64,000 nt of DNA. It comes from a bacterium (GTDB lineage Bacteria; UBA8248). The notes under the pieces are model-generated. The model worked only from the letters and a program-made list of their open reading frames with translations. It did not search any database and was not told the DNA's origin. Below are positions 1 to 12,498 of this stretch, piece by piece; position 1 is the stretch's first letter, and each line of letters begins with the position of its first letter. The position numbers and the translations under genes were made by a program. The stretch spans positions 1,152,001-1,216,000 of the forward strand of contig OZ241875.1 in NCBI GenBank assembly GCA_965203325.1, read 5' to 3'.

Positions 1-96
1 GTGCTTTGGGTTCGAGCACAAAACGCGCACGACACCCTTGCGGCGGATGACCTTGCACTTGTCACACATCGGCTTGACGGAACTCCTCACCTTCAT
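1..96 (-). CDS. rpmJ: 50S ribosomal protein L36 (Zn-binding form), 3' end truncated by window edge
   Basis: Manual translation from ATG 96: [32 protein letters not shown]; follows infA. Confidence 0.95.
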   Translation of the reverse strand, partial: MKVRSSVKPMCDKCKVIRRKGVVRVLCSNPKH

Positions 97-124
97 TTCC
101 CGACTCCAAATCTCGCTTGAAAAC

Positions 125-412
125 CTACTTGTACCGGCTCGTTATCCGCCCTCTCGTCAAATCGTAAGGGGACAACTCCACCTTGACGTTATCTCCCGGG
201 AGAATCCGGATGAAGTGCATCCGCATTTTCCCCGAGATGTGGGCCAACACCTTGTGGCCGCCTTCGAGTTCAACGCGAAACATCGCGTTCGGCAGAGGCT
301 CCACGACAATCCCGTCCACCTCGATCACGCCTTCCTTGGGAGCCCTCTCCTCGCGCTCTGCCTGATCGCGCTTTCTCTGCTTCCGGCTTCCCCCTCGGCG
401 CGGTCTCCTCAT
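125..412 (-). CDS. infA: Translation initiation factor IF-1 with basic N-terminal extension
   Basis: [44 protein letters not shown] overlaps the map stop (ATGA). Confidence 0.95.
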   Translation of the reverse strand: MRRPRRGGSRKQRKRDQAEREERAPKEGVIEVDGIVVEPLPNAMFRVELEGGHKVLAHISGKMRMHFIRILPGDNVKVELSPYDLTRGRITSRYK

Positions 413-1161
413 GCGGCCAGGCTCAGAATATCCGGGCCGTCTTCGGTGATGGCGACGGAATGTTCAAAATGCGCGGAAAGTTTCTCGTCCGCCGTAACGA
501 CTGTCCATTCATCGCTTAAAACCTTTACGTCATGAACACCCATGTTCAGCATCGGCTCAATCGCGAGAACCATGCCCGCCTTCAATTCCGGCCCCGTGCC
601 GGGTTCGCCGAAATTCGGAACCTGGGGTTCTTCGTGAAGATTCGTTCCCACCCCATGCCCCACATAGGCGCGCACCACCGAAAACCCGGCGTTTTCCGCG
701 TGCTTTTGCACGGCGTGTGAAATATCAAACAACCGATTGCCCGGTTTCGCCTGCTCGATGCCCTTGAAAAGGGACTCCTCGCAGCATTTCAACAGCTTCT
801 TCGCCCCGGGATCAACGTCGCCCACGGGAAAGGTGACGGCATGGTCTCCATAGTAGCCATACAATTTCGCCCCGACATCCACGCTGACGATATCCCCTTC
901 CTCGAGTTTCTTCCCGGAGGGCACCCCATGCACTACTTCTTCATTGATCGAAGCGCATATCGTGTGCCGATAGCCCCTGTACCCCTTGAAAGCAGGTATG
1001 GCCCCTTGCTCCCGAATCACCCGCTCCGCCAAAGCGTCCAACTCCAGCGTCGTAACACCCGGCCGAATCGCTTCTTTGAGTTCCGCCATGACGCTCATTA
1101 CCACCCGGTTGCTGGCCCGTAAACGCTCTATCTCTTTTCGCGAACGAAGGATGATAGCCAT
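409..1161 (-). CDS. map: Methionine aminopeptidase type I
   Basis: [31 protein letters not shown] motifs. Confidence 0.97.
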   Translation of the reverse strand: MAIILRSRKEIERLRASNRVVMSVMAELKEAIRPGVTTLELDALAERVIREQGAIPAFKGYRGYRHTICASINEEVVHGVPSGKKLEEGDIVSVDVGAKLYGYYGDHAVTFPVGDVDPGAKKLLKCCEESLFKGIEQAKPGNRLFDISHAVQKHAENAGFSVVRAYVGHGVGTNLHEEPQVPNFGEPGTGPELKAGMVLAIEPMLNMGVHDVKVLSDEWTVVTADEKLSAHFEHSVAITEDGPDILSLAA

Positions 1162-1790
1162 CAGGCAAGCACCTGGGCAATACCTTCCTCCACCCTCTGC
1201 GCGATTTCCTCAACGCTGCCCTCACCGTTGATCTCCGCGAGCTTGCCCTTGTGGCGATAAAACGCCACCAACGGTTCGGTATGCTCCCGGTACAACTCCA
1301 GGCGACGGAGCACAGTGCTCGTCATGTCGTCCTCGCGCTGGTAGAGGTCTCCTCCACAAACGGAGCAAAGCGAGGTGTCCATGTTGGGATAGACGGCGCC
1401 GCATTTCCTGCAGGTGAGTCTACCCGCTAGGCGAGCCACCACGGCCTCGCTCGACACATTGAAATAGATAACCACATCCACGCTGTCCGGCAAGACTCTC
1501 TCCAGGGCCTCGCCCTGCTCAATCGTCCTGGGAAAACCATCCAGGATGAAGCCATGCCCGCAGTCCGCTCGGGAAATGCGCTCCTCGATCACCGAAATGA
1601 TAAGCGCATCCGGCACGAGGCAGCCCTGGTTGATGACATCCCCCACCTGCTGGCCCAGCGCCGTCTTCTCCTCCACCGCCTGACGCAACATGTCTCCCGT
1701 CGAGATTTCGGGCACCTGCAGGGATTTCGAAAGCGCAGCGCCCTGGGTGCCTTTTCCCGAACCCGGGGGGCCCAGAAGAATCATTTTCAC
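1161..1790 (-). CDS. adk: Adenylate kinase (CxxC..CxxC LID)
   Basis: GPPGSGKGTQ, STGDMLR, LDGFPRT; GTG start just after secY stop. Confidence 0.95.
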   Translation of the reverse strand: MKMILLGPPGSGKGTQGAALSKSLQVPEISTGDMLRQAVEEKTALGQQVGDVINQGCLVPDALIISVIEERISRADCGHGFILDGFPRTIEQGEALERVLPDSVDVVIYFNVSSEAVVARLAGRLTCRKCGAVYPNMDTSLCSVCGGDLYQREDDMTSTVLRRLELYREHTEPLVAFYRHKGKLAEINGEGSVEEIAQRVEEGIAQVLA

Positions 1791-1791
1791 G

Positions 1792-3110
<1,319 letters not shown>

Positions 3111-3114
<4 letters not shown>

Positions 3115-3623
3115 TCGCTTTTATCCTCCGGCTTCGCGGCGAGGGCCACGATCTCCACGCTGCCGCCCGCGCTCTCGATTTTCCGGCGGGCCGATTCGCT
3201 GCATTTCTGGACCTTGAGGTGAACCGCGCGATCCACTTCGCCCTCACCCAGGAGCTTGACGCCGTCTTTGGCTACCTTTCGAATCAGGCCGGCGGCCCGC
3301 AGGGCGTCCGCGTCGACGTTCGCGCCCTCGGCCAGCACGCCCAAACGCCCCACGTTCAACTCGGAGAACTCTTTTTTGAAGCGGTTGTTGAACCCACGCT
3401 TCGGCAGGCGGCGCTGGAGCGGCATCTGACCACCCTCGAAACCGACTTTCCGGCTGTAGCCGGAACGCGATTTCTGCCCCTTGTGCCCGCGTGTGGAGGT
3501 CTTGCCCCTTCCGGAGCCCACACCGCGGCCCACGCGCCGCCTGGCCTTCACCGCCCCGTCCGGGGAGGTCAAATCACCCAGGCCCGTATATGAATTTTCC
3601 GGCTTCGCGTCGTTCTCGGACAT
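3111..3623 (-). CDS. rplO: 50S ribosomal protein L15
   Basis: RVGRGVGSGRGKTSTRGHKGQKSRSG..FEGGQMPL. Confidence 0.97.
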
Positions 3624-3637
3624 TCGAATCCGGGGCG

Positions 3638-3826
3638 CTAGGCCCCCTCCTCCACTTCTACGAGATGCTTGATCTTGAACACCATGCCGCGAATGCAGGC
3701 GTTGTCCGCCTTCACGACCGTCTGGTTGATCCGCCTCAGACCCAATCCATGCAAGACGGCGCGCTGCTTCACGTTCGAACCGGAAGTGCTCTTTCTCAAG
3801 GTGATTTTTAGCTTATCCTGCGCCAT
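3638..3826 (-). CDS. rpmD: 50S ribosomal protein L30
   Basis: [23 protein letters not shown]; synteny. Confidence 0.93.
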   Translation of the reverse strand: MAQDKLKITLRKSTSGSNVKQRAVLHGLGLRRINQTVVKADNACIRGMVFKIKHLVEVEEGA

Positions 3827-3834
3827 CTTTCCCT

Positions 3835-4512
3835 CTATTCTTCCTTCGCGCCGGCGTCTTCGTCATCGCTCGCCTCGTCGGCGTCACCAGCTTCGTCGGC
3901 TGCAGCGCCGCTGTCCAGGGCATCTTCCGCCGGGGCCTCCGCCTCTACTGCCGCTGTCTCGGTGTCCTCCGTCTCTGCGTCTCCGGCGGCGTCATCTTCG
4001 ATGCCGATTCCCCGGAGCGCCAAAACTTCTTCCTTGTTGCGCAGCGAACTCAAGCCCTGCAGCGTCGCCTTGGCCGCGTTGTGCGGGTTGTTCGTGCCGA
4101 TGCACTTCGTCAGTATGTCACGCACCCCGGCGACGTCCAGAACCGCGCGTACGGGGCCGCCGGCGATGACGCCCGTTCCCCGCGCCGCCGGCTTGAGAAG
4201 CACACGGCCCGCGCCGTATTTGCCCATCGTCTGGTGGGGGATGGTCTCATGATCGAGGGCCACCTTCACCATCGCCTTGCGGGCCTTCTCCACGCCCTTG
4301 CGGATGGCTTCGGGCACCTCGTTCGCCTTGCCCATCCCGATGCCGACCTGGCCCTTCCTGTCGCCGACGGTCACCAGGGCGCTGAAACTGAAGCGCCTGC
4401 CGCCCTTCACCACCTTGGCCACACGATTCACGTAGATGACCCGGTCGATGAATTCACGCTCTTCGGGATTCTCGGGCTCCCTGTCCCGGCCTCGCCTTGC
4501 GTCTCGCGCCAT
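3835..4512 (-). CDS. rpsE: 30S ribosomal protein S5 with acidic C-terminal tail
   Basis: [28 protein letters not shown]. Confidence 0.97.
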   Translation of the reverse strand: MARDARRGRDREPENPEEREFIDRVIYVNRVAKVVKGGRRFSFSALVTVGDRKGQVGIGMGKANEVPEAIRKGVEKARKAMVKVALDHETIPHQTMGKYGAGRVLLKPAARGTGVIAGGPVRAVLDVAGVRDILTKCIGTNNPHNAAKATLQGLSSLRNKEEVLALRGIGIEDDAAGDAETEDTETAAVEAEAPAEDALDSGAAADEAGDADEASDDEDAGAKEE

Positions 4513-4892
4513 CAGAAACTCACCCCCGTCTCTCTCACGCTGTCGGCCAGCGCCTTCACGCGGCCATGATAGAGATAGCCGTTGCGATCGAAAACCACTT
4601 TTTCCACACCCTTGGCCTTCGCGCGACCGGCCAGCAGCTTGCCGACGATGGCGGCGCCCGTCACGTTGCTCCCGCCCGCGTTTTCGGCGCTCTTCGCCTC
4701 GGTGGCGAAATCCTTCTCGCGCGAGGAGGCCGCGGCCAGGGTCCGGCCCGAGACGTCATCAATCACCTGGGCGTAGATGTGTCCACCGCTCCTGAAAACC
4801 GTCAAGCGAGGACGCTCACCCGTTCCGCGGCTCTTCTTGCGGATTCTTACCTTTCGCTTGAGTCTCGCCTCGAGTTTCGTCAATCGACCCAC
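4512..4892 (-). CDS. rplR: 50S ribosomal protein L18
   Basis: [28 protein letters not shown]. Confidence 0.97.
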   Translation of the reverse strand: MGRLTKLEARLKRKVRIRKKSRGTGERPRLTVFRSGGHIYAQVIDDVSGRTLAAASSREKDFATEAKSAENAGGSNVTGAAIVGKLLAGRAKAKGVEKVVFDRNGYLYHGRVKALADSVRETGVSF

Positions 4893-4909
4893 TTCTCAAA
4901 CCTCCCGCG

Positions 4910-5455
4910 CTACACGCCGGCCTTGCCGACCTTGCGGCGAACCGTCTCGCCCGCATAGCGGATGCCCTTGCCCTTATACGGCTCGGGGGGCTTCACCTTG
5001 CGGATTTCGGCGGCCACCCAGCCCACCAACTGCTTGTCGATGCCCTTCACCTTGATCGCCGTCCGGTTGCGGTCGCTCTGCACCTCGAAGGTGATGCCCT
5101 CGATCGGTTCGATGCTCACCGGATGCGAAAATCCCACGTTCAGGACGACTCCCTCGCCCCTCGCCTCCACGCGGTATCCCAAGCCGATTATCTCGAGTTC
5201 CTTCTCGAACCCTTTCGTCACGCCTTCGACCATATTGGCGATCAGCGAGCGCGTGAGCCCGTGGAGCGATTTGTCCTGGCGCGATTCGCTGACGCGCGTG
5301 ACGACGATGTTCCCGTCATCTATCTCCACCTTCGGCCTGTGGTGCAACTCGAGGTCGAGTTCGCCCAGGGGCCCTTTGACGGAGATGTTCCGTCCATCGA
5401 GCTTCGCTTCGACGCCCGAGGGGATGGGAATCGGCATTTTTCCGATGCGTGACAT
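4910..5455 (-). CDS. rplF: 50S ribosomal protein L6
   Basis: MSRIGK..PEPYKGKGIRY. Confidence 0.97.
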   Translation of the reverse strand: MSRIGKMPIPIPSGVEAKLDGRNISVKGPLGELDLELHHRPKVEIDDGNIVVTRVSESRQDKSLHGLTRSLIANMVEGVTKGFEKELEIIGLGYRVEARGEGVVLNVGFSHPVSIEPIEGITFEVQSDRNRTAIKVKGIDKQLVGWVAAEIRKVKPPEPYKGKGIRYAGETVRRKVGKAGV

Positions 5456-5465
5456 TCAAACCACC

Positions 5466-5867
5466 TCACCAAATTTCACAGAGAACTTCACCGCCGACCC
5501 CCAGGTTCCTCGCTTCCTCATCCGTCACCACGCCTCGCGAGGTCGTGAGAATGGCGATTCCCATGCCGTTGAGCACCTTGGGAACCGACTCCTTGTCCAC
5601 GTACACGCGGAGGCCGGGCTTGCTGACGCGCTTGAGGCCGCTCAACACCAGCTTGCCGTCCTGGGGCGGCTTGAGCGCCACCTTGATTCGCGTCTGTCCC
5701 GTCGGACCCGGTTCGACATCGTATCCCTTGATATAGCCCTGGGACTTCAGGATTCCGACGACTCGCGCCTTGAGTTCGCTGCCCGGAATCTCGACGCTAT
5801 CATGGCCCGCACGCACCGCATTGCGAATGCGCGTCAGAAGATCGGCAATGGGATCCGTCATGCTCAT
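5466..5867 (-). CDS. rpsH: 30S ribosomal protein S8
   Basis: MTDPIADLLTRIRNA..SKPGLRVY..GGEVLC. Confidence 0.97.
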   Translation of the reverse strand: MSMTDPIADLLTRIRNAVRAGHDSVEIPGSELKARVVGILKSQGYIKGYDVEPGPTGQTRIKVALKPPQDGKLVLSGLKRVSKPGLRVYVDKESVPKVLNGMGIAILTTSRGVVTDEEARNLGVGGEVLCEIW

Positions 5868-5883
5868 ACGCTTTGTTCTCCGG

Positions 5884-6069
5884 CTACCAACTCGACTTCG
5901 TGACTCCCGGAATTTCGCCCTTGAGCGCCAATTCACGGAAACAAATCCGACAAATCTTGAAACGCCTCAAGTAGCCTCGCGAACGTCCGCAACGCTGGCA
6001 GCGGTTATACGCCCGCACGCCGAACTTGGGCGGCTTCTTCTGTTTCGCAATCAAGCACTTTTTCGCCAC
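5884..6069 (-). CDS. rpsZ: 30S ribosomal protein S14 type Z
   Basis: 61 aa, RCQRCGR..CRICFRE. Confidence 0.96.
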   Translation of the reverse strand: MAKKCLIAKQKKPPKFGVRAYNRCQRCGRSRGYLRRFKICRICFRELALKGEIPGVTKSSW

Positions 6070-6080
6070 TGTATTTCCCC

Positions 6081-6632
6081 TTAACTCGCCCGGAAGGGGA
6101 CGCCCAACTCACGAAGCAGCGCCCTGCCCTCTTCATCCGTGTTCGCCGATGTGTTCAGGACCACCCCGATGCCACGGGATCTCTCCACCTTGTCGATATC
6201 GATTTCGGGGAAAATGAGCTGCTCGCGTATCCCGAGGCTGTAGTTTCCGCGCCCGTCGAAAGACTTTGGGCTCAAGCCCCTGAAATCGCGCACGCGGGGG
6301 AGCGCCACGTTCACCAGCCGGTCCGCGAAATCCCACATCCGCGCGCCGCGAAGCGTCACCATCGCCCCGATGGGCATGCCCTCGCGCAGCTTGAAATTCG
6401 CGATGGATTTCCTCGCGCGTGTGATGACGGGCTTCTGGCCCGCAATGCTCGTCAACTCGGCGACGCCGTTCTCCAGAGTCGCCGCATTCTGTACGGCCTC
6501 CCCAAGGCCCATGTTCAGAGTGACCTTCACAAGCCGCGGAATCTGCATGACGTTGGCGTATTCAAACTCCTTGCGGAGTTTTTCCACGATTTCGTCACGA
6601 TAAAGCTGCAACATTCTGGGCACGTACGCCAT
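6081..6632 (-). CDS. rplE: 50S ribosomal protein L5
   Basis: [28 protein letters not shown]. Confidence 0.97.
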   Translation of the reverse strand: MAYVPRMLQLYRDEIVEKLRKEFEYANVMQIPRLVKVTLNMGLGEAVQNAATLENGVAELTSIAGQKPVITRARKSIANFKLREGMPIGAMVTLRGARMWDFADRLVNVALPRVRDFRGLSPKSFDGRGNYSLGIREQLIFPEIDIDKVERSRGIGVVLNTSANTDEEGRALLRELGVPFRAS

Positions 6633-6655
6633 TTCGAATCAAATCCTTCTTTCTT

Positions 6656-7006
6656 CTACACCGTATCGAGCAATTCGCCGCTGCTATGCGTCACGCGCAC
6701 ATGCGCGCCGTCTTCGAGCCGCTTTCTCCGAATCCGCGAAGGCTGGTTGGTCTTCGGGTCCACGGGCATGACGTTGGAAATATGTATCTTGCCCTCCCGC
6801 TCCAGAATACCGCCTTGCTGCTGCCCCTGGCTCGGCTTCGTGTGCCGCTTCACGATGTTCACCTTCTCGACGATGACACGGTTCTCATCCTTGAGCACCT
6901 GAAGCACCTTGCCGGTCTTCCCCTTCTCGCGGCCGGCGATCACCTGAACGATGTCGCCTTTTTTTACATGCGTTTTCTTTGAACTCGAACCCATCTCGTT
7001 CCTCAC
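6656..7006 (-). CDS. rplX: 50S ribosomal protein L24
   Basis: [19 protein letters not shown] (KOW), IHISNV. Confidence 0.96.
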   Translation of the reverse strand: MRNEMGSSSKKTHVKKGDIVQVIAGREKGKTGKVLQVLKDENRVIVEKVNIVKRHTKPSQGQQQGGILEREGKIHISNVMPVDPKTNQPSRIRRKRLEDGAHVRVTHSSGELLDTV

Positions 7007-7371
7007 AGAACCTCAGGCGCGAGCGAAACGATGCGCATGAACCGCTTGCGTCTCAACTCGCGGGCCACGGGCCCGAAAATGCGCGTCCCCATCGGTTCGC
7101 GCGCCTCATTGATGATGACGACGGCATTGTCGTCGAAGCGAATGTAGGTGCCGTCCTCGCGCCCGGTCTCCTTGACGGTCCGAACGACGACGGCGCGCCG
7201 GACTTCCCCCTTCTTCACGGGACTGTTCGGCACGGCTTCCTTAATCGCCACGACGATGATGTCGCCGATCCGCGCGTACCGCCGCCGCGAGCCGCCCAAC
7301 ACCTTGATGCACTGGGCGCGCTTCGCCCCCGAATTGTCCGCCACGCTGCACATTGTTTCGACCTGAATCAT
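7003..7371 (-). CDS. rplN: 50S ribosomal protein L14
   Basis: [26 protein letters not shown]. Confidence 0.98.
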   Translation of the reverse strand: MIQVETMCSVADNSGAKRAQCIKVLGGSRRRYARIGDIIVVAIKEAVPNSPVKKGEVRRAVVVRTVKETGREDGTYIRFDDNAVVIINEAREPMGTRIFGPVARELRRKRFMRIVSLAPEVL

Positions 7372-7383
7372 TTTTTCGGTTCC

Positions 7384-7644
7384 CTACTTGCTGCGCTCGA
7401 TTACATCCAGAAGACGCCAGCGCTTCCTCCGGCTCATCGGCCTGGTTTCGATGATGCGCACCCTGTCTCCCGTATTGAGTGAATTCTCCTCGTCATGAAC
7501 CAGATATTTCTTTCGCCGGCGCACGACGCGCTTGAAGGTCGTATGCTTGAACATGCGCACCACCTCGACGGTGGCGGTCTTGTCCATCACGTCGCTTACG
7601 ACTCTTCCTTCCCGAACCTTCCGCCTGCCTCGAACATCACTCAT
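7384..7644 (-). CDS. rpsQ: 30S ribosomal protein S17
   Basis: GRVVSDVMDKT..ETRPMSRRKRW. Confidence 0.96.
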   Translation of the reverse strand: MSDVRGRRKVREGRVVSDVMDKTATVEVVRMFKHTTFKRVVRRRKKYLVHDEENSLNTGDRVRIIETRPMSRRKRWRLLDVIERSK

Positions 7645-7866
7645 CTACGATCCCTCTCCCTCGGCGCCCGCGGCCTGCGCGCTTTCGCGCTCACGCTTTG
7701 AAGTCAACACCCGCGCCAAATCCCGCTTCAACAGTCCGATGCGCGCCGTGTTGTCCAGTTGGCCCGTCGCCTTTCGAAAGCGCAGGTTGAACAACTCCTG
7801 ACGCAATTCGTTCTCCTTGAACCCGAGTTCTTCATCGCTCAGTTCGAGGACCTCGCCGTATTTCAC
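7645..7866 (-). CDS. rpmC: 50S ribosomal protein L29
   Basis: ELFNLRFRKATGQLDN..RDLARVLT. Confidence 0.95.
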   Translation of the reverse strand: MKYGEVLELSDEELGFKENELRQELFNLRFRKATGQLDNTARIGLLKRDLARVLTSKRERESAQAAGAEGEGS

Positions 7867-7879
7867 GCCATCATCCCCC

Positions 7880-8287
7880 TCAGGAAGAGGTTACAATCCT
7901 GGTTTTGCACGGCAGCTTCTGGGCGGCCAGGCGTAGCGCCTCGCGGGCGACGTCGTCGGCGACGCCGTCCATCTCGTAGAGAATCCTGCCCGCGCGCACG
8001 GGCGCCATCCAGTACTCGGGCGAACCCTTGCCCTTGCCCATGCGAACCTCGGCCGGTTTCTTGCACATGGGCTTATCGGGGAAAAGACGAATCCATATCC
8101 GCCCACCGCGCTTGACGTGGCGCGTCATCGCGATACGGGCCGCCTCAATCTGGCGCGCCGTAATGTGCGTCGTCTCCAGGGTTTGAAGCCCGTAGGAGCC
8201 GAACGAGAGCGTCGAGCCGCGCTGGGCCTTGCCGTCCAGACGACCCTTCTGCGTCTTTCTGAACTTCGTTCTTTTCGGCTGCAGCAT
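7880..8287 (-). CDS. rplP: 50S ribosomal protein L16
   Basis: [18 protein letters not shown]. Confidence 0.97.
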   Translation of the reverse strand: MLQPKRTKFRKTQKGRLDGKAQRGSTLSFGSYGLQTLETTHITARQIEAARIAMTRHVKRGGRIWIRLFPDKPMCKKPAEVRMGKGKGSPEYWMAPVRAGRILYEMDGVADDVAREALRLAAQKLPCKTRIVTSS

Positions 8288-8307
8288 GTCTCGCTCCTAA
8301 GCGCCTG

Positions 8308-8970
8308 TTACGAACCCAGGGTCTGGGAAGGCGTTCTTCTCGCTTGCCGGATCATCTCGCCCCTGAATATCCAGACCTTCACCCCGATGATTCCGTATGT
8401 CGTCTTGCCTTCGGCGAAGCCATAGTCGATGTCCGCGCGAAGGGTCTGAAGCGGCACGCGGCCCTCCCGGTACCACTCGGTTCGCGCGATCTCGGCGCCC
8501 CCGAGCCTGCCGGAACACTGAATCTTCACGCCCTTGGCGCCGAAGCGAAGGGCGGAGGTCACCGCTTTTTTCATCGCTCGGCGAAAGGCGATCCGGCGCT
8601 CGAGCTGCATGGCGATGTTCTCGGCCACGAGCTGGGCGTCCATCTCGGCCTTTCGCACTTCCTTGATGTTCACGTTCACCTGGTTGCCGGTGAGTTCCTG
8701 CAGATCCGCTTTCAGCCTGTCTACCTCGGCACCGCGCTTTCCGATGATGATGCCCGGCCGGGCCGTCCAGATGTTGATGCGCGCACGCTCGCTCGCCCGC
8801 TCTATCTCCACGTTGCTCACGCCTGCGTGCGAGAGGCGCTCCTTCACGTACTTTCGGATGCGCTGATCGTCCAGAAGCAGGTCGCCGAAATTGTGCTTGG
8901 CGAACCAGTGCGAATTCCAGCCTCTGGTGATGCCGACCCGAAAACCGATGGGGTGAACTTTTTGACCCAT
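8308..8970 (-). CDS. rpsC: 30S ribosomal protein S3
   Basis: [25 protein letters not shown]. Confidence 0.98.
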   Translation of the reverse strand: MGQKVHPIGFRVGITRGWNSHWFAKHNFGDLLLDDQRIRKYVKERLSHAGVSNVEIERASERARINIWTARPGIIIGKRGAEVDRLKADLQELTGNQVNVNIKEVRKAEMDAQLVAENIAMQLERRIAFRRAMKKAVTSALRFGAKGVKIQCSGRLGGAEIARTEWYREGRVPLQTLRADIDYGFAEGKTTYGIIGVKVWIFRGEMIRQARRTPSQTLGS

Positions 8971-8980
8971 TTGTATCCCC

Positions 8981-9316
8981 CTAATTCGCTTCGCCGATAT
9001 CCACGCGGATGTGGCAACTTCTGTGTTTGACGCGTCCGATGCGTCCGCGCGCCCGCGCGCGGAAGCGCTTGAGCGTCGGCCCCACGTCGACCCGAACGCT
9101 CTTCACGATGAGACCTTCGGGATCGTCATGCTCCCCCTTGTCGGTGGCGTTCGCGAGCGCGGAGAGAAGCACCTTCTCCACCACCTTGGCCGATGAGCGC
9201 GTGGACAGGCGCAAAAGGTTGAGAGCGTCCGCCACCCGCTTGCCGCGGATCATATCCGCTATCTGGCGCGTCTTGCGCGGCTTGGCGCGGTGATATTTCA
9301 AAATCGCCTTGGACAT
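8981..9316 (-). CDS. rplV: 50S ribosomal protein L22
   Basis: [18 protein letters not shown]. Confidence 0.96.
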   Translation of the reverse strand: MSKAILKYHRAKPRKTRQIADMIRGKRVADALNLLRLSTRSSAKVVEKVLLSALANATDKGEHDDPEGLIVKSVRVDVGPTLKRFRARARGRIGRVKHRSCHIRVDIGEAN

Positions 9317-9353
9317 GTCATTCCCTTGCCTGTTTCGACCGACCCGCCAAAAC

Positions 9354-9638
9354 CTACTTCAGCGTAACCTGCCGCTTCGTCATTCCCGAATGCGAGCGGA
9401 AGGTGCGGGTGGGAGAAAAATCCCCGAGCTTGAAGCCCACCATGTTCTCCGTCACGTACACGGGCACGAATTTCTTGCCGTTGTGCACGGCGAACGTATG
9501 GCCCACGAAATCCGGTACGATGGTGGAGCGCCTCGACCAGGTCCTGATCATCCGCTTCTCGCCGCTCTCGTCCATCGCCTCCACTTTCTTGCGTAGGTGA
9601 GCATCTACGAATGGGCCCTTGTGAAGAGAACGTGGCAT
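9354..9638 (-). CDS. rpsS: 30S ribosomal protein S19
   Basis: [18 protein letters not shown]. Confidence 0.97.
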   Translation of the reverse strand: MPRSLHKGPFVDAHLRKKVEAMDESGEKRMIRTWSRRSTIVPDFVGHTFAVHNGKKFVPVYVTENMVGFKLGDFSPTRTFRSHSGMTKRQVTLK

Positions 9639-9664
9639 CGCTATCCAATCTCCCTGAAATCCGG

Positions 9665-10495
9665 CTACCTGGATTTTCTTCGCCGCACGATGAATTTAGA
9701 AGAAGGCTTATCCTTCTTGCGCGTCTTGTAGCCTTTCGTCGGCTTGCCCCACGGGGTCACCGGGTGCCTGCCTCCCGAACTCTTGCCCTCGCCGCCGCCC
9801 AGCGGGTGATCCACCGGATTCATGGCCACGCCGCGAACGTTGGGACGACGACCCAGCCACCGCTTTCGCCCCGCCTTGCCGAGGCTCACGTTGCTATGGT
9901 CCGAATTTCCCACCTCTCCTATCGTGGCGTAGCAGGAAAGGTGAATCATGCGGACCTCTCCGGAGGAGAGCCGGAACTGCGCGTAATTCCCCTCCTTCGC
10001 CATGAGCTGGGCGCTCACGCCCGCGCTGCGGGCGATCTGCCCGCCACGCCCCGGCTTCATCTCGATGTTGTGGCACGTGGTGCCCAGCGGAATCCGGTCC
10101 ACGGGCAGCGCGTTTCCGACGCGGATTTCCGCCTCCGGCCCGGAGCTTATGGTCGCGCCCACTTCCAGGCCATCGGGCGCGATGATGTAGCGCTTCTCGC
10201 CGTCGAGATAGACGATGAGCGCCAACCGCGCGGAGCGGTTCGGATCATATTCGATTGAACGCACCTTGCCGGGCACGCCGGTTTTCTCGCGCCGAAAATC
10301 CACCACCCGGTAGCGGCGCTTGTGGCCTCCGCCCCTCTGATAGGTGGTGATGCGTCCCCGGTTGTTCCGTCCGCCGGATTTCGACATCCCCTTGGTCAGG
10401 GACTTCTCGGGCCGATCCGTCGTAATCTCGTCCCGCACGAGAACGTCCTGAAACCTCCGTCCCGGAGAAGTCGGCTTGTATTTTTTCACCGGCAT
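9665..10495 (-). CDS. rplB: 50S ribosomal protein L2
   Basis: [25 protein letters not shown]. Confidence 0.98.
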   Translation of the reverse strand: MPVKKYKPTSPGRRFQDVLVRDEITTDRPEKSLTKGMSKSGGRNNRGRITTYQRGGGHKRRYRVVDFRREKTGVPGKVRSIEYDPNRSARLALIVYLDGEKRYIIAPDGLEVGATISSGPEAEIRVGNALPVDRIPLGTTCHNIEMKPGRGGQIARSAGVSAQLMAKEGNYAQFRLSSGEVRMIHLSCYATIGEVGNSDHSNVSLGKAGRKRWLGRRPNVRGVAMNPVDHPLGGGEGKSSGGRHPVTPWGKPTKGYKTRKKDKPSSKFIVRRRKSR

Positions 10496-10512
10496 GACAC
10501 TCGCCTCAAAAT

Positions 10513-10800
10513 CTAGGTAGATTCAAAAAATTCGATCGTGTCGCCTTCGCGCAGCGTCACAATCGCTTTTTTCCATGCGGGCTTGACGCCCTGGTGACGG
10601 CCCATGCGAACCTTCTTGCCGGGCACCCGCATCGTGTTCACGTTCAGTACCGTCACGCCGAACAACTCCTGCACCGCCTTTTTTATCTCTATCTTGTTGG
10701 CTCCGACGGCGACCTCGAAGACGACCTTGTTCGCCTCCTCGGAGCTCGCGATGCTTTTTTCCGTCACGCAGGGTCTGCGGATGATGGATGTGTTTTCCAT
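10513..10800 (-). CDS. rplW: 50S ribosomal protein L23
   Basis: [24 protein letters not shown]. Confidence 0.96.
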   Translation of the reverse strand: MENTSIIRRPCVTEKSIASSEEANKVVFEVAVGANKIEIKKAVQELFGVTVLNVNTMRVPGKKVRMGRHQGVKPAWKKAIVTLREGDTIEFFEST

Positions 10801-10803
10801 GAC

Positions 10804-11430
10804 CTAGCCCGCCAACCTTTCCGAGATGCCGCCGAGCGCGCCCTTGGTGCAAACGAGGTGCTCGTGACCCATGATGTCGTATACGTTCAGACCCTCGGGC
10901 CTCATCGGTTTCGCGCCCTTGATGTTTCTCGTCGCCAACTCGAAATTCCGCTCGTCCCCGTCGTTCACGATCAACGCCTTGCGCCCGAGGTTCAGGTTCT
11001 CGATGACTTCCACCATGAGGCGCGTCTTGGGTTCGGGCAGATTGAGGTCGCGCACGACGAGCAGTTTTCCTTCTTTCCATTTCAGATTCAGGGCGCTCCG
11101 GAGTGCGCCGCTTTTCATCTTCTTGTTCATCTTTTGGGTGTAATCGCGCGGTTTGGGGCCGAAGGTGATCCCCCCGTGCCGCCATATCGGGGACTTGACG
11201 TCGCCCGCGCGAGCGCGTCCCCCGCCCTTTTGGCGAAAAGGCTTCGCGCCCGTGCCGTGCACTTCCTTGCGCGTCAGCGTCGAATGCGTGCCTGCGCGCC
11301 GCGCCGCGAGTTGCGCCTTCACCATCTGGTGGATCAGGTGCACCTTCACCTCACCGTCAAAAACGGACTCGGGCAGATCCATCTGCTCCACCACCTGGCC
11401 TTCCAAGTCATACACATCAATCGTGGGCAT
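10804..11430 (-). CDS. rplD: 50S ribosomal protein L4
   Basis: KPFRQKGGGRARAG..FGPKPRDY. Confidence 0.97.
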   Translation of the reverse strand: MPTIDVYDLEGQVVEQMDLPESVFDGEVKVHLIHQMVKAQLAARRAGTHSTLTRKEVHGTGAKPFRQKGGGRARAGDVKSPIWRHGGITFGPKPRDYTQKMNKKMKSGALRSALNLKWKEGKLLVVRDLNLPEPKTRLMVEVIENLNLGRKALIVNDGDERNFELATRNIKGAKPMRPEGLNVYDIMGHEHLVCTKGALGGISERLAG

Positions 11431-11438
11431 GTCGTTCC

Positions 11439-12152
11439 TCAATTCCCTCGCGCGGCCCGCTTCGAAGCCTTCAGGGGGTTCAGGCTCCTGGCCTGCTCCT
11501 TCGGTTTTTCCAGCCCGCCCCTGTTGCCCTTGACGCTCTTGCGCAAAACCACAAATCCATCGTTCGCTCCGGGCACGGCGCCCCTGAGCAGAAGCAGATT
11601 CTCCTCGGGGATGACGTCCACCACCAAGAGTCCCTGCGTGGTGACCTTCTCGTTCCCCATCTGGCCCGGCATCTTCTTGCCCTTGATGATCTTCGAGGGA
11701 TACGCCGAAGCGCCCATCGCTCCCGGCAGGCGATCGAACATGCCGCCGTGGGAGGCGGGCCCGCCGCCGAACCCATGGCGCTTCATCACGCCCGCGAAGC
11801 CGCGGCCCTTGCTCGTGCCCGTCACGTCGAGCCGATCGCCGCGATCGAATATCGTCACGTCGATGAGGCTGCCCGCCTCGAGTTCCGCGTCCTCATCCTC
11901 CAGCGGAACTTCCTTGAGATATCGAAACGGCTGCGTCCCCGCTTTTTGGAAATGGCCCAAAGCCGCTTTCGAGAGGCCCTTTTCCTTTCGGGGCATGTAC
12001 CCGAGCTGAACGGCCGTGTAGCCGTCGTTCTCCTCGGTCTTGCGCTGCACGACGATGCAAGGTCCCGCCTCGACCACCGTCACCGAGATCGCTCCGCCAT
12101 CCGGCGAAAACACCTGGGTCATCCCGACTTTTCGACCAAGCAAAAATTCCAT
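11439..12152 (-). CDS. rplC: 50S ribosomal protein L3
   Basis: LGRKVGMTQ, GTSKGRGFAG, KMPGQMG; C-terminal extension. Confidence 0.97.
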   Translation of the reverse strand: MEFLLGRKVGMTQVFSPDGGAISVTVVEAGPCIVVQRKTEENDGYTAVQLGYMPRKEKGLSKAALGHFQKAGTQPFRYLKEVPLEDEDAELEAGSLIDVTIFDRGDRLDVTGTSKGRGFAGVMKRHGFGGGPASHGGMFDRLPGAMGASAYPSKIIKGKKMPGQMGNEKVTTQGLLVVDVIPEENLLLLRGAVPGANDGFVVLRKSVKGNRGGLEKPKEQARSLNPLKASKRAARGN

Positions 12153-12165
12153 CACATCATCCCGG

Positions 12166-12474
12166 TTAGTTCAGCTTGATTTCGACGTCTACTCCTGCGG
12201 CGAGTTCGAGCTTCATGAGCGCATCCACCGTCTGCTGGGTCGGCTCCATGATATCCACGAGCCTTTTGTGCGTCCGTATCTCGAACTGCTCTCTCGATTT
12301 CTTGTCGATGTGCGGGCCGCGCAGCACCGTGTACTTGTTGATGGAAGTGGGCAGCGGCACCGGCCCCACCAGCGAAGCGCCCGTTCGCTTCACCGTATCG
12401 ACGATCTCGCCCACCGATTGGTCCAGCAGACGGTGATCGTATGCCTTGAGTCGAATCCGAATCTTCTGGCTCAT
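12166..12474 (-). CDS. rpsJ: 30S ribosomal protein S10
   Basis: [29 protein letters not shown]. Confidence 0.98.
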   Translation of the reverse strand: MSQKIRIRLKAYDHRLLDQSVGEIVDTVKRTGASLVGPVPLPTSINKYTVLRGPHIDKKSREQFEIRTHKRLVDIMEPTQQTVDALMKLELAAGVDVEIKLN

Positions 12475-12498
12475 TTCCCCCGCTATCCTTCCATCTCT

